From the NCBI GenBank assembly GCA_016217925.1, contig JACRFK010000003.1:78925-142924 (forward strand): a stretch of DNA of 64,000 nt, in the 5' to 3' direction. Both the position numbers and the translations under genes were made by a program. The DNA is from Candidatus Kaiserbacteria bacterium. Lineage in GTDB: Bacteria; Patescibacteriota; Minisyncoccia; Phycocordibacterales; UBA2100. Below the pieces are notes generated by a model. That model worked only from the letters and a program-made list of their open reading frames with translations, was not told where the DNA came from and made no database searches. Positions 30,811 through 40,659 of this stretch are shown one piece after another. The first letter of the stretch is position 1; every line of letters begins with the position of its first letter.

Positions 30811-31167
30811 TTATTCGGTAACCGCTAAATTTTTCAGACGGGGCGTATGCATCGTGTTGCGCGGGAGCATCCGTGCGACGGCCCGGCGGAGCGCTTCGGC
30901 GTTGCCTTTGCGTGCGGTGAGCGATGCGAGGCTTTCGCGCTTCAAGCCGCCCGGGTATCCGGAGTAGGTGGTATAGATAGTGCGCGAGCGTTTGCGTTCA
31001 CGGATATAGAGCTTGCTTGCATTGGTGACGGAGACTTTGACGTTCGAATTTTTGTTGGGCGTGTAATCGGGGCGCATCTTGCCCATGAGGGCTTTTGCGG
31101 CCTCGGAGGCGACGCGCCCGAGTGTGCGGCCGGCGGCGTCGATTGTGTATGTGTTTTTTGTCTCCAT
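30811..31167 (-). CDS. rplM: 50S ribosomal protein L13 (short)
   Basis: IDAAGRTLGRVAS, YSGYPGGLK, MLPRN. Confidence 0.95.
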   Translation of the reverse strand: METKNTYTIDAAGRTLGRVASEAAKALMGKMRPDYTPNKNSNVKVSVTNASKLYIRERKRSRTIYTTYSGYPGGLKRESLASLTARKGNAEALRRAVARMLPRNTMHTPRLKNLAVTE

Positions 31168-31172
31168 ACTAA

Positions 31173-31559
31173 TTATTTTCCTCCGGAGGAGGATCCGCCT
31201 TCGGCGGAAACGAATTCAATGCGTGCGGCTTCACCCACGCGCTTCCCTACTCTGCCGAGGTTAACGATGCGTGTGTAGCCGCCTGCTCGTTTTGCGTAGC
31301 GCGGGGCGTATACATCGTGAAGCTTTTTCACCACATCATGAGCACCGCCCATGCGCGTTTCGATGACGCGGCGTGACGCGAGTGTGTTCTTCTTGCTCAT
31401 CGAGACCATCCTCTCGACGAACGGGCGGAGTTCTTTTGCCTTTGCGATAGTGGTCGTAATTCCCTCGTGTAGTACGAGCGAACGCGCGAGACTGCGCAGA
31501 AGTGCCGTCCGTTGCCCCCTCTTACGTCCCAATGTTCTGTTCTTCTTGTGATGCTGCAT
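31173..31559 (-). CDS. rplQ: 50S ribosomal protein L17
   Basis: ITTTIAKAKELR, RAGGYTRI. Confidence 0.96.
   Translation of the reverse strand: MQHHKKNRTLGRKRGQRTALLRSLARSLVLHEGITTTIAKAKELRPFVERMVSMSKKNTLASRRVIETRMGGAHDVVKKLHDVYAPRYAKRAGGYTRIVNLGRVGKRVGEAARIEFVSAEGGSSSGGK
31179..31208. repeat. 30-bp double-hairpin element, in-frame at the rplQ C-terminus ([10 protein letters not shown])
   Basis: Identical to the dnaK copy. Confidence 0.9.
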
Positions 31560-31565
31560 ACCAGG

Positions 31566-32543
31566 TTACTTATCGTTGCGGAGAGTGAGACCCATGTTCG
31601 AGAGCGCGCGTTTAATGTCCTGAAGTCCTTTTTGGCCGAGCCCTTCTATAGCAAGAAGGTCATCTTCTCGCTTGCGTACCAATCCTCCGACGGTCCGGAT
31701 AGAAGCGTTATCGAGCGCCTGCTCCACACGCTGCGGCATGCTTAATTCCGTGATACGGGTCTTCAAAACTTCCGCGTCCATGGCTCCTCCCTTGTCTTCG
31801 CGGGAACCAGCGTGTGCTTCGGTCGCGCCAGAGAGTGCCTCCGGCGTCTCGTCCTCCTTGAATCCGACGACGGCCTTGAGCTGATGGATCATGGTCTCAA
31901 TAGAACTCTCAAGTGCTTCTCGCGGAGCAAGAGTGCCGTCGGTCTCGATAACGATACGGAGACGGTTGAAATCCGTGCGGTCTCCGACGCGCATGTTTTC
32001 CACTTCGTAATTGACACGGCGTATCGGCGAGAATATCGCGTCAAGCGCGATGGTCCCGATCTCCACGCGCTCCTTTTGGTGCATCTCCTTTGCGATGTAG
32101 CCAAGACCGCGTTCCGCGCGCAGCTCTAATTCAAGATTGACTTTGCCGCTTACATCGGCGATGTGCTGTTCCGGATTCAATATTTCGACTTGGCCGGGCA
32201 ATTTAAAATCTGCGGCGGTCACTTCTTTCGGCCCCTTCACTGAAAGCGTGATTGTCTGAGGTTCATCGGTCAGGAGCTTGAGGCGGACCTTGCGGATATT
32301 GAGCAAGAGCGTTACAACGTCCTCCTTGACGCCTTCGATGGTGGAGAATTCATGCGCGACCCCGGGAAGTTTGACGTGCGTGACAGCTGCGCCCGGAAGG
32401 GACGAGAGGATGATGCGGCGCAACGAATTTCCCAGAGTGTAGCCGTATCCCGGATAGAGTCCGTCTATTTCATAGGTACCGCCTCGCTCTGTTTCGGAGA
32501 CGACGCGCGGTTTGCTGGGCAGTGCAATGTGGTAATCCGACAT
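31566..32543 (-). CDS. rpoA: RNA polymerase subunit alpha
   Basis: GYTLGNSLRRIILSS, HEFSTIEGVKED, alpha-CTD. Confidence 0.98.
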   Translation of the reverse strand: MSDYHIALPSKPRVVSETERGGTYEIDGLYPGYGYTLGNSLRRIILSSLPGAAVTHVKLPGVAHEFSTIEGVKEDVVTLLLNIRKVRLKLLTDEPQTITLSVKGPKEVTAADFKLPGQVEILNPEQHIADVSGKVNLELELRAERGLGYIAKEMHQKERVEIGTIALDAIFSPIRRVNYEVENMRVGDRTDFNRLRIVIETDGTLAPREALESSIETMIHQLKAVVGFKEDETPEALSGATEAHAGSREDKGGAMDAEVLKTRITELSMPQRVEQALDNASIRTVGGLVRKREDDLLAIEGLGQKGLQDIKRALSNMGLTLRNDK

Positions 32544-32593
32544 AAAAAAATGATAACGTCAAGCTGCTAGTAAAAATCGCCAACAATTATAAC

Positions 32594-33211
32594 CTATCTG
32601 CTGTAGAACTCAAAGACCGTAGGATAATCGAGTCCGGTCTCAACGGTGTTGTACGTCGGCTCTCCGACGACCTCTGCTTTGAGCAAGCTAAGGTCAACGG
32701 TGAGCCATGCGGGAACGGAACGGGTGTTCTCTGCTTTGTTCTCGAGAAGGCCGGCAAACAACGGGCTTCGGCGGCTACCCTCCCGGACGCTGACTACATC
32801 ACCCTTGCGGACGCGGTACGAAGGGACCGTCGTTCGCTTGCTGTTGATCAGGATGTGGCCGTGAGAGAGAGCTTGACGTGCAGCACGGCGTGTGGGCAAA
32901 AGGCCTGCGCGATACGCGACGCTATCTGCGCGCATTTCGAGCGCGCGATGCAAACTCGCCGACGGATCAGGTTGCGTGTACGCCACTTTTGCATAATTGG
33001 AAAGCTGTTTCTCCGAGATGCCATAGGTAAAGCGGACGCGCTGCTTCTCCAAAAGCTGTCTCCCGTAATCACTGCCGCCCCGGCCTCCGCGGGTTTTCTT
33101 ATTTGCAGCCGAGCGTGCCTCCGAGAGTGCGAATTTTTGTGACTGCGTCTTTTCAAAGATGGCGGCGCCAAGTCTTTTTGCGATCTTAAATTTTGATTTT
33201 ATCAGCAACAT
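32594..33211 (-). CDS. rpsD: 30S ribosomal protein S4
   Basis: SDYGRQLLEKQ, ARQALSHGHI, EFYSR. Confidence 0.96.
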   Translation of the reverse strand: MLLIKSKFKIAKRLGAAIFEKTQSQKFALSEARSAANKKTRGGRGGSDYGRQLLEKQRVRFTYGISEKQLSNYAKVAYTQPDPSASLHRALEMRADSVAYRAGLLPTRRAARQALSHGHILINSKRTTVPSYRVRKGDVVSVREGSRRSPLFAGLLENKAENTRSVPAWLTVDLSLLKAEVVGEPTYNTVETGLDYPTVFEFYSR

Positions 33212-33216
33212 ATATA

Positions 33217-33651
33217 TTAGACCCTTCGAGGCTTTGGCGGTCGGGGGCCATTATGCGGTATCGGGGTGTCGTCGGCAATTCGAGTGACGTCAATACCTTT
33301 ACTGACAAATCCGCGCATTGCGGATTCGCGACCGGCGCCGACACCACGGATGACGACATCCACTTCTTTGACGCCGATGATGGCCGCTTTGTCCCCAACA
33401 AGTTCGCCGACTTTTGCGGCAGCAAATGGAGTGCCTTTCTTGGCGCCTGAAAAGCCGAGAGCGCCTGAGGACGACCACGCGACCGCGTTGCCGCTCTTGT
33501 CTGTCAGAAGGACTTTGGTGTTGTTGTACGTCGCATGGATATGCAGTGTGCCCGCGAGAATGTTCTTCTTTGCGATGCGCGCGAGAGAGCGGGACTTGAG
33601 TCCTTGGTCCACGCTACCTCCGCTCTTTCTTATGATGCGCTTTTTTCCCAT
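33217..33651 (-). CDS. rpsK: 30S ribosomal protein S11
   Basis: KGTPFAA, TPIPHNGPRPPKPRRV. Confidence 0.97.
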   Translation of the reverse strand: MGKKRIIRKSGGSVDQGLKSRSLARIAKKNILAGTLHIHATYNNTKVLLTDKSGNAVAWSSSGALGFSGAKKGTPFAAAKVGELVGDKAAIIGVKEVDVVIRGVGAGRESAMRGFVSKGIDVTRIADDTPIPHNGPRPPKPRRV

Positions 33652-33676
33652 ACTGGTACAAAAATAAATTTTTTGA

Positions 33677-34057
33677 TTATGTCTTCTCCAACTTGCGGCG
33701 GCCGGATGTCATCGTCTTTCTGACGTTGCCACGGACCGTGCGGGAATTGGTTTTTGAACGCTGACCACGACCCGGCAAATGTTTGGCGTGGCGGCTCCCT
33801 CGATAAGATTTAATGTCTTTGAGCCGGCGGATATTGCCGCTCACGTCGCGGCGCAATTCCCCTTCTACGGTAAACTTCTCGACTGCTTCGCGAAGCGAGG
33901 TCTCTTCTTTTGCCGAAACATCTTTCGGTTTCTTACCGGCGTCTATGCCGAGTGCTTTAAGTGTGGCAAGCGCTCGTGGTCGGCCGATGCCATAAATGGC
34001 GGTCAGGCCTATTTCGAGGCGCTTTTCTTCGGGTATGGTGATTCCAGCGATACGCAT
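33677..34057 (-). CDS. rpsM: 30S ribosomal protein S13
   Basis: MRIAGI, LTAIYGIG, RGQRSKTNSRT. Confidence 0.97.
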   Translation of the reverse strand: MRIAGITIPEEKRLEIGLTAIYGIGRPRALATLKALGIDAGKKPKDVSAKEETSLREAVEKFTVEGELRRDVSGNIRRLKDIKSYRGSRHAKHLPGRGQRSKTNSRTVRGNVRKTMTSGRRKLEKT

Positions 34058-34063
34058 ATGAAT

Positions 34064-34146
34064 AATTTTTAATTTACAATTTTCAATTTACAAAATTGGG
34101 ACATTGAAAATTCATTGCAAAATTGAAAATTGATAACTGAAAATTT
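34064..34146. repeat. AT-rich heptamer inverted-arm element
   Basis: aattttt aatttac aattttc aatttac ... aaaattg aaaattg ataactg aaaatt; resembles 29595-29678. Confidence 0.75.
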
Positions 34147-34151
34147 GAGTT

Positions 34152-34265
34152 CTAGCCTTGTCGTTGTTTATGTCTTGGATTTTTACAAATAACCCACAAT
34201 CGCCCGCGACGCTTCACTGCGTGGCAATGTGTACAGATCTTTTTGACTGAGGATTTTACTTTCAT
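34152..34265 (-). CDS. rpmJ: 50S ribosomal protein L36 (absent from ORF track)
   Basis: Hand translation [37 protein letters not shown]. Confidence 0.96.
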   Translation of the reverse strand: MKVKSSVKKICTHCHAVKRRGRLWVICKNPRHKQRQG

Positions 34266-34338
34266 GTTCCTAAATTTGCAAAACGTAACCAGAATCCCGT
34301 CTCCGAACTTCGGAGTGCGCGACTCTACGGACTTCTCG

Positions 34339-34545
34339 TTAGCTTCGTCTCACGATACGTGCCCTGCCTCCGTACGGATCCAGTTGCACTTCTACTTTAT
34401 CGCCGACGAGCACCTTAATTCTATGCAGCCGCATCTTTCCGGCGAGATACGCGAGTACGCGAGTCCCCCCTTCGAGCTTCACCTGAAAAAGGGTGTTGGG
34501 AAGCGCCTCATCGACGACTCCACTCACAACCTTTAGTTCGGTCAT
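34339..34545 (-). CDS. infA: translation initiation factor IF-1
   Basis: [16 protein letters not shown]...GDKVEV. Confidence 0.96.
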   Translation of the reverse strand: MTELKVVSGVVDEALPNTLFQVKLEGGTRVLAYLAGKMRLHRIKVLVGDKVEVQLDPYGGRARIVRRS

Positions 34546-34586
34546 ATCTGCGCTCGGTAGAATAGCAGCTCTGTGCGGGTTAGTCA

Positions 34587-34668
34587 ACCCCGTTAGAGGC
34601 CAACTTCGCTGATTCTTGTAATTTTCATTTTTGCAGGTGACATTGATCCGCGTAGCCTCTAACGGGGT
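34587..34668. repeat. MITE-like element with 14-bp perfect terminal inverted repeats
   Basis: accccgttagaggc ... gcctctaacggggt. Confidence 0.8.
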
Positions 34669-34682
34669 CAAATCCCTGCAGG

Positions 34683-36155
34683 CTATTTGACCACTTCAGG
34701 CACGACCACGTCGATCTTGATGTCGGAAGCTGTAGCCGGAAAGCTGTTTTTCCAGAACGGGGCGATACGCGCACGTGCCTCCTGGACGCCTGAGAATCCG
34801 TTTACAATACCCTGAAATGCCGAGTTGTCCTTGCCCTCCAAAGCCTTCGCAAGTGCCTCAGCGTCGACCTTCCAGATAACAAGGGCGGAGCCGGATACAG
34901 CAAGGTTGAGAATGCTTGGTTGGCCATCAATGCTGGACGAGGCAAACTGAACGGAAAAGTCGTCCGATGGCTTCAGGGTGACTAATTCAGCATCGTCGAA
35001 ATCGGTAAATGCCGATCGAGCGACAGATCGTGCGAAGGCGTCTGAAGAAAATGTCGGCACCGTCACACGTGCCTTTTGGTGGATCCTCACCGAGCTACCA
35101 GCCTCCGTCGTATTGGGCAGCGATTCGTACGTGATTCGGATGAGCTCTGGAAATACGGAAACGCCATCTTTGGCCTGGCCAATCGCGGCCTCGTGGGCCT
35201 TTGTCTCGAGCCTTGTGCGCACGGCGGAGATGGCGCTGTCGAGCTCTCCTGGTGTTGTGCCGGGCTGTTCACCCGCGAAGCCCCCCGAGAATGCGTCGGT
35301 CGACTTCGCGTATACACCCGCGTACATAGGCGCGGTCGATTTGAGTCCGGGAAGGGTGAACTTCGCGACAGGACCAATATTGTACTTCTCACCGGGCTGG
35401 TCTGCGGCGACTGTGACATTGACCTGTCCAGGTGCCGAACCGACTTTTCCCGGAACCACGACATCGGACAGTGCACGGTAGATGAGACCCTCGGGAGATT
35501 CGAATCGTGTCGTTTTAACCAAGCGAACAGGAGATGCAGAATATGAGTTATAAACAGTGATGCTACCGGAGGCTTTCGTTTCAACGTGGGTCGTGCCTTG
35601 TGCGGCGACGACCCCGGAGTCCTCGAGGTCGAAGGTCTGCACGGTATACGCGAGCGTACCGGGTGTCGCCTCTGACGCATCGGCTACTTGGTACGCCGTG
35701 AGCGTGGTGGAAGAAAGCGTAGCCATACGCGATTTGGGTGTAACTGTGATGGTGGTTGAGGAAAACACAAAAAGAAGCGACGCGGCAGCGATGAGAACAA
35801 CGAGTGACGCAGCCGCCCAAATCCACAGACGAGTAGCGCGGCGCGGCGGGCGTAGCGGACCTCCGCCTGAAGCGTCACGAATGTCGGTATCCATACGATT
35901 CGGTGCCCCCGTGACTCGAAATGGGCGTGAACGCGCCGGAGGAGATATGCTCCGTATGCCGCGCGAGGCCGGATCGGCCGTCCCATCAGTACCCATAGAT
36001 GCATCAGCTACGCGTATCGGTATGTCGCGTGCGTCGGTCGGCCGGTCAAGTGGCTCTTCCTCCACGGGCGCCTGGGGTGGGCGGGGAGTGAACTGACGCG
36101 GTGGAGTCGGAGCACCGGATGGTGGCGTAATATCTTGAAAGTAATCTTTTGCCAT
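34683..36155 (-). CDS. membrane-anchored protein, baseplate-J-like extracellular region
   Basis: Pro-rich N-terminus, TM helix, ASGSITVYN, ADQPGEKYNI, FSGG. Confidence 0.6.
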   Translation of the reverse strand: MAKDYFQDITPPSGAPTPPRQFTPRPPQAPVEEEPLDRPTDARDIPIRVADASMGTDGTADPASRGIRSISPPARSRPFRVTGAPNRMDTDIRDASGGGPLRPPRRATRLWIWAAASLVVLIAAASLLFVFSSTTITVTPKSRMATLSSTTLTAYQVADASEATPGTLAYTVQTFDLEDSGVVAAQGTTHVETKASGSITVYNSYSASPVRLVKTTRFESPEGLIYRALSDVVVPGKVGSAPGQVNVTVAADQPGEKYNIGPVAKFTLPGLKSTAPMYAGVYAKSTDAFSGGFAGEQPGTTPGELDSAISAVRTRLETKAHEAAIGQAKDGVSVFPELIRITYESLPNTTEAGSSVRIHQKARVTVPTFSSDAFARSVARSAFTDFDDAELVTLKPSDDFSVQFASSSIDGQPSILNLAVSGSALVIWKVDAEALAKALEGKDNSAFQGIVNGFSGVQEARARIAPFWKNSFPATASDIKIDVVVPEVVK

Positions 36156-36204
36156 GTAATTTTCTCGAAATTATGTCGCGACTTCTATATTCTACCTCAC
36201 AAAA

Positions 36205-37362
36205 TCATGCCCGCCTTTCTTCGATGTTAACAAGTGCGGCGGCGAGGTGAATGCCTGTGTCAATGCGTACTGCAGTTTCGGGAAGCGCCCAATGCGCGAG
36301 ATCAAGCGACTTTAGAGACGAGACAACGAATGGTTGTGTTGTTGTGGTGAATTGCGCGAAATCGATACGAGAAAAAAGTCCGCTAAGCCACGGAATGAGG
36401 TCTTGGTGCGTCGTAAGTATGAGATGGTTTGGTAAGCGTTGGCGTTGGACTAATTTCGCAATAGCTTCGCCAAATGCACGAACAAGCTCTGGCTCGGCCT
36501 TTGCCGCAGCGGCATTAACCGCCTCACACGCGGGGTCGTGGCATTCTCCACCCGCAATAAGGCGCAACAAGGTCAGAGTGTCGTCCGGCATATTATTTCC
36601 ACTGATCCGTTTAAGGATCGAATTCTTTCCTTCAGACGTTGACGCGTATTCCGTCACGAGTCCGTTCCGGATCACCATAAAACTTGTTCCCTCGCTAGCC
36701 ATATCCACAACTACAAATTCGTCGGGCGACGCCGGAGTAACCCGCATGACAGAGAGCGTCGCGTGAACTCCCGAACGCCATGTGACCGGCTGGGAGCCAA
36801 AAAGTTGTTGCAGCGCGCTATTCACCGATGCACGTAATCCTGGGTCGCAACCGCTGACAAGCGCAGAGACGTTAAGCTCGTTGCCGGATTTCCCCTCCGG
36901 CCGACTTGTCGGATATCCGTTGACCTCGACGCGCACAACTCCGGCTTCTAGGATATTCTCTCGGGCAAATTCAGTATCTTCTGCAAGGGCCTGTTGCGCA
37001 AGTTTGCCTATCACCTTGCCTGAAATGGACGTCGCCTTGGGGAAAGTCGTCCGCGCCGTGACCGTTTTTGAGCGTGTCCACGGTGCGCGGATGATGGCGT
37101 AGACGGAATGCGGCATCTTCCCTCCCGCTTCTCTGTGGTTTTCGAGCGCGTGCTGTCCCGCCCCTATCAAATGCGCGCCGATGGCGGCAATAATTGCCGC
37201 AGGAGAGCGCTCCTCAATGGGTAGGGAACGACGCTCTGCAGCGAGTATGCGTACCGGCCCGTCTTTTGGTACGGCAAGTATGGCGACGGCGGCGCTTCCG
37301 CTCCCGATATCCGCGACGGCGACAATCTTTTCGCGCGAACGCCCGAGATGTATTCCGAACAT
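36205..37362 (-). CDS. divergent actin-fold (FtsA/PilM-like) protein
   Basis: VADIGSGS and VVDMASEGT phosphate-loop-like motifs. Confidence 0.55.
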   Translation of the reverse strand: MFGIHLGRSREKIVAVADIGSGSAAVAILAVPKDGPVRILAAERRSLPIEERSPAAIIAAIGAHLIGAGQHALENHREAGGKMPHSVYAIIRAPWTRSKTVTARTTFPKATSISGKVIGKLAQQALAEDTEFARENILEAGVVRVEVNGYPTSRPEGKSGNELNVSALVSGCDPGLRASVNSALQQLFGSQPVTWRSGVHATLSVMRVTPASPDEFVVVDMASEGTSFMVIRNGLVTEYASTSEGKNSILKRISGNNMPDDTLTLLRLIAGGECHDPACEAVNAAAAKAEPELVRAFGEAIAKLVQRQRLPNHLILTTHQDLIPWLSGLFSRIDFAQFTTTTQPFVVSSLKSLDLAHWALPETAVRIDTGIHLAAALVNIEERRA

Positions 37363-37482
37363 TGAGTAAGTATACCAATCAAAGGGTCAGAAGGTCTGCG
37401 AATTTTGGTGAAGTGTTGAAAAAACAATCACGCCCGCCGGTTTAACCGAGCGGGCGTGGGAGTCTCAGCGGCACGGCATCGC

Positions 37483-37995
37483 TTATTTTTTGTAGTAATC
37501 CGCGTCGTCCATTATGGCTTGCGGCATGACCACCATTTGATGACCGCCCCAATTATGGGGATTATCAATGGTCATAATCATCGCAGGCTCTACCTTGATG
37601 TCGAGTTCAGCAAGTAGCGCCTTCTTCTCGTTATATCGTCCGAAGTCTGGGACGAACAGAGACGTACCAACGGCTACTGCACTGAGCACGCACAAGCTCA
37701 CGACAATCGGCATTTTCGCCGGTTCGGTAAGTAATCCTTGCGCTATGAAAGCCGATGATATAAGCATGGCAGTAGTTACGATTACTACCCATGCCATACC
37801 GTGCTTCCACCAAGGCTTCAGCTCGATTGCTTGCCATCTGCAGTACGCCCGGTCAGGTATTCGTATTACTTTACAAAAGCAACGCCAATCCTCGGGCTCT
37901 CCTCGCCAGAAGACGTATTCCTCACTTCCGAATCGATGAATCCTCCAGGGCAACCTACGTGTCCCCGCTGGAGTCTTTTTCTTCTGTTCGGCCAT
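37483..37995 (-). CDS. hypothetical membrane protein
   Basis: 170-aa ORF with two TM segments. Confidence 0.5.
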   Translation of the reverse strand: MAEQKKKTPAGTRRLPWRIHRFGSEEYVFWRGEPEDWRCFCKVIRIPDRAYCRWQAIELKPWWKHGMAWVVIVTTAMLISSAFIAQGLLTEPAKMPIVVSLCVLSAVAVGTSLFVPDFGRYNEKKALLAELDIKVEPAMIMTIDNPHNWGGHQMVVMPQAIMDDADYYKK

Positions 37996-38051
37996 GGCCG
38001 ACCCCCATTGGAGCGTGATTGCCCACTGTCGAGCACTATGCGTCAGTAAAA

Positions 38052-40028
38052 TTACACGGTCAACACCGCCTTGATGCGGCGGATGCCTGCCGCGACCGCT
38101 TCCTCTTTCTGAATTTTGAATGTGCCGCCCTCTCCTATCTCACGTGTGTTCCCGACGTGTGGGCCGCCGCAGAATTCTATCGAGAACGCTTTGTCGAATT
38201 GCGGGTCGGTGGCCGTCGCCCCTTTTGGTCCGAGCGAGTACACCGAGACCATGTCGGGATACTTTGCACCGAATTCGTGCTCGGCGCCGAGTTTCTCTGC
38301 CTCCTCTTTGGGCAAGGTCGAGCGTATCATCGGCAGTCCTTCTTGTATTTTTTCGTTGACGATGCGTTCCACCTCCTGTAGCTGTTCGGGTGTCATTTTG
38401 GCGCCGTACGAGAAGTCTATACGTAGACGCTCTTGTGTGATGTTGCTACCGCGCTGTTTTATCGAAGGGCCAAGCACTATTTGCAAGGCCTTGAGGAGCA
38501 GGTGGTGCGCCGTGTGCAGGCGCGTGGTCTTTTCGGACTGGTCGGCGAGTCCCCCTTTAAACTTTTGCTCACTCCCCGCGCGGGAGAGTTCGCGGTGTTT
38601 CTTCATCGCCGCAGCGAACCCGTCCTCATCCACGTCAATACCGCGCTCGTGCGCCAATTCGAGCGTCATCTCAAAGGGAAAACCGTAGGTCGTGAAGAGG
38701 AGAAAGGCATCGTTACTCGCGATGTGGCCGGCCTTTGCCACCTTCTCGAATTCCTTCATGCCGCTTTCGAGGGTGTGTGCGAATTGTTTTTCCTCTTTCC
38801 ATATCTCGCTCGTGATAGTTTCGTACGCCTCTTCGGAGCCGAGCTCGGGGTATGCCTGCTTGTACTTCTCGATGAAAGACACCGCACAGCGCACGAGCAT
38901 GCTGTCCGCGGCCTCACCATTCTGTATTTCGAGTTTCTGCGCGTGTTGCGCGGCACGGCGGATGAGGCGGCGCAATACATATCCGCGGTCGGTGTTGGCC
39001 GGCCGCACACCATCGGCGAGCATGAATGTCGCGGCGCGCATGTGGTCCGCGACGATGCGGTATGAGCGCTGGTACCGCTTGTCCTCGTACTCCTTGCCTG
39101 AGAAATGAATGAGGAGTCCGATGACGTCGGCGAAGACATCAATAGCGAAGACGTCGGGGTTGTCCTGCGCGGCTGCGGCGATGCGTTCGAGCCCGCCGCC
39201 GAAGTCGACATTAGCCTTTGGTAAAAGCTTAAATACTTTCTTTCCGCCGGAGGCGGATCCTCCTTCGGAGGAGATGTACTGCATAAAGACGGAATTACCA
39301 ATCTCGAGGAACCGTCCGCAATCGCAATTGGGGTGGCACTCGGCGCCGAATTGCGGGTCGTGAGGCGTGCCGAAGTCATAAAACACCTCTGAGTCCGGCC
39401 CGCCCGGCTCCCCTGCAGGCATGTTTTCGGGGACTCCCGCGCGGCTCCACCAATTTTTCTTGGCATCGTAGTAGAAGATGCGTCCGCCTTGCATGCCGAG
39501 GCGGTAGCCGTCGGCTTCCGGACCTATTTCAACTATCTTTGCGTCGATTCCTTTGCTCTCAAACAGTGTTTTCCAAATTTCGGCAGACTCAGTATCCTTA
39601 GGGACACCGTTTTTTTCATCGCCGATAAATGCGGTCACATACAAATTCTTCGGGTCGAGACCTATCTCGCTCGTCAAGAATTCAAAGAACCACGGCAGCT
39701 GCTCACGCTTAAAATAATCGCCGAGCGACCAATTGCCGAGCATCTCGAAAAATGTCGTGTGGCGGTTGTCGCCCACTTCTTCGATATCTTCAGCGCGGAA
39801 ACTTTTCTGGCTATTTACCAAACGATTGCCTTTTGGATGCGGCTCGCCGAGAAGATACGGCACGAGCGGCTGCATGCCGCTACCGGTGAAAAGTGTCGTC
39901 GGGTCGTTCTGGGGTACGAGCGGCGCGGAAGGAATTATGGTGTGCCCTCTTGTCTTTCCGCCGGAGGCGGATCCTCCTCTGGAGGAGAAAAATTCCAGAT
40001 ACTTCGTGCGTATCTCGTTGATAGTCAT
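38052..40028 (-). CDS. alaS: alanine--tRNA ligase (lacking C-Ala domain)
   Basis: TFFEMLGNWS, GLERI, ADHMRA, HTAHH, EFCGGPHV, GIRRI. Confidence 0.97.
   Translation of the reverse strand: MTINEIRTKYLEFFSSRGGSASGGKTRGHTIIPSAPLVPQNDPTTLFTGSGMQPLVPYLLGEPHPKGNRLVNSQKSFRAEDIEEVGDNRHTTFFEMLGNWSLGDYFKREQLPWFFEFLTSEIGLDPKNLYVTAFIGDEKNGVPKDTESAEIWKTLFESKGIDAKIVEIGPEADGYRLGMQGGRIFYYDAKKNWWSRAGVPENMPAGEPGGPDSEVFYDFGTPHDPQFGAECHPNCDCGRFLEIGNSVFMQYISSEGGSASGGKKVFKLLPKANVDFGGGLERIAAAAQDNPDVFAIDVFADVIGLLIHFSGKEYEDKRYQRSYRIVADHMRAATFMLADGVRPANTDRGYVLRRLIRRAAQHAQKLEIQNGEAADSMLVRCAVSFIEKYKQAYPELGSEEAYETITSEIWKEEKQFAHTLESGMKEFEKVAKAGHIASNDAFLLFTTYGFPFEMTLELAHERGIDVDEDGFAAAMKKHRELSRAGSEQKFKGGLADQSEKTTRLHTAHHLLLKALQIVLGPSIKQRGSNITQERLRIDFSYGAKMTPEQLQEVERIVNEKIQEGLPMIRSTLPKEEAEKLGAEHEFGAKYPDMVSVYSLGPKGATATDPQFDKAFSIEFCGGPHVGNTREIGEGGTFKIQKEEAVAAGIRRIKAVLTV
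39243..39272. repeat. 30-bp double-hairpin element, in-frame in alaS ([10 protein letters not shown])
   Basis: tccgcc-gga-ggcgga tcctcc-ttc-ggagga. Confidence 0.9.
39957..39986. repeat. 30-bp double-hairpin element, in-frame in the alaS N-terminus (SSRGGSASGG)
   Basis: tccgcc-gga-ggcgga tcctcc-tct-ggagga. Confidence 0.9.
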
Positions 40029-40113
40029 TTAGAAGAGAGTAACGCGTTTTCCAAAAAAGAAAAGAGGCCCGGCAGTGCGCCGAGCCCTTCTTTTTCTTAG
40101 AACTGACCGGTAG

Positions 40114-40560
40114 CTATTGCGACCGAGACCTTGGAATTGGAAGGTCGGCCTTGCGACCGTTGATCAGGACATCGTCGGCAGGGAAGAACAGATAAGCCGG
40201 TCTGCGCATCCACGTGAAGTAGCGTGTATTGCCCCAGTCCAAAGTGTTCCAGTCTTCCAACGTGAGGCCGAAACGTTCGTTCGACGACCCTTGGAATGAA
40301 GCCTCGGCACACTTGAAGTAGCCCCACCTGACCGTTCGTTTGCTGGACCCGTCTTTATTGGTCCACACATGGGCCTCGTTCATGTCGAAGACGCAGGGGA
40401 TCCCGCTGTAGAACACGACAGACTTCGGCCATCCCCAATACGCCGTAGCGACAGATCCGAGGATGACTCCGATTACCAAGGCGTACAAAAATGCACTTCG
40501 TTCGCCCAGATCTTTGGCTTTCACCGGCTTCTGGGTAGCCTTCTTGTCTTTTGCAGCCAT
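40114..40560 (-). CDS. hypothetical membrane-anchored protein
   Basis: Basic N-terminus plus one TM helix. Confidence 0.5.
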   Translation of the reverse strand: MAAKDKKATQKPVKAKDLGERSAFLYALVIGVILGSVATAYWGWPKSVVFYSGIPCVFDMNEAHVWTNKDGSSKRTVRWGYFKCAEASFQGSSNERFGLTLEDWNTLDWGNTRYFTWMRRPAYLFFPADDVLINGRKADLPIPRSRSQ

Positions 40561-40659
40561 CGTAGCCCTCACAGTTTGAGGACGCTCAACAGACGTCCAT
40601 GGGTAATATACGCCTTAGCTTTTGCTATATCAACCATGAGGCGATACTATGCGCTGACG

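Noticed and set aside
34683-36155. Baseplate-J-like gene as evidence of a prophage
   Set aside because: It is membrane-anchored, sits among housekeeping genes, and has no other phage genes nearby.
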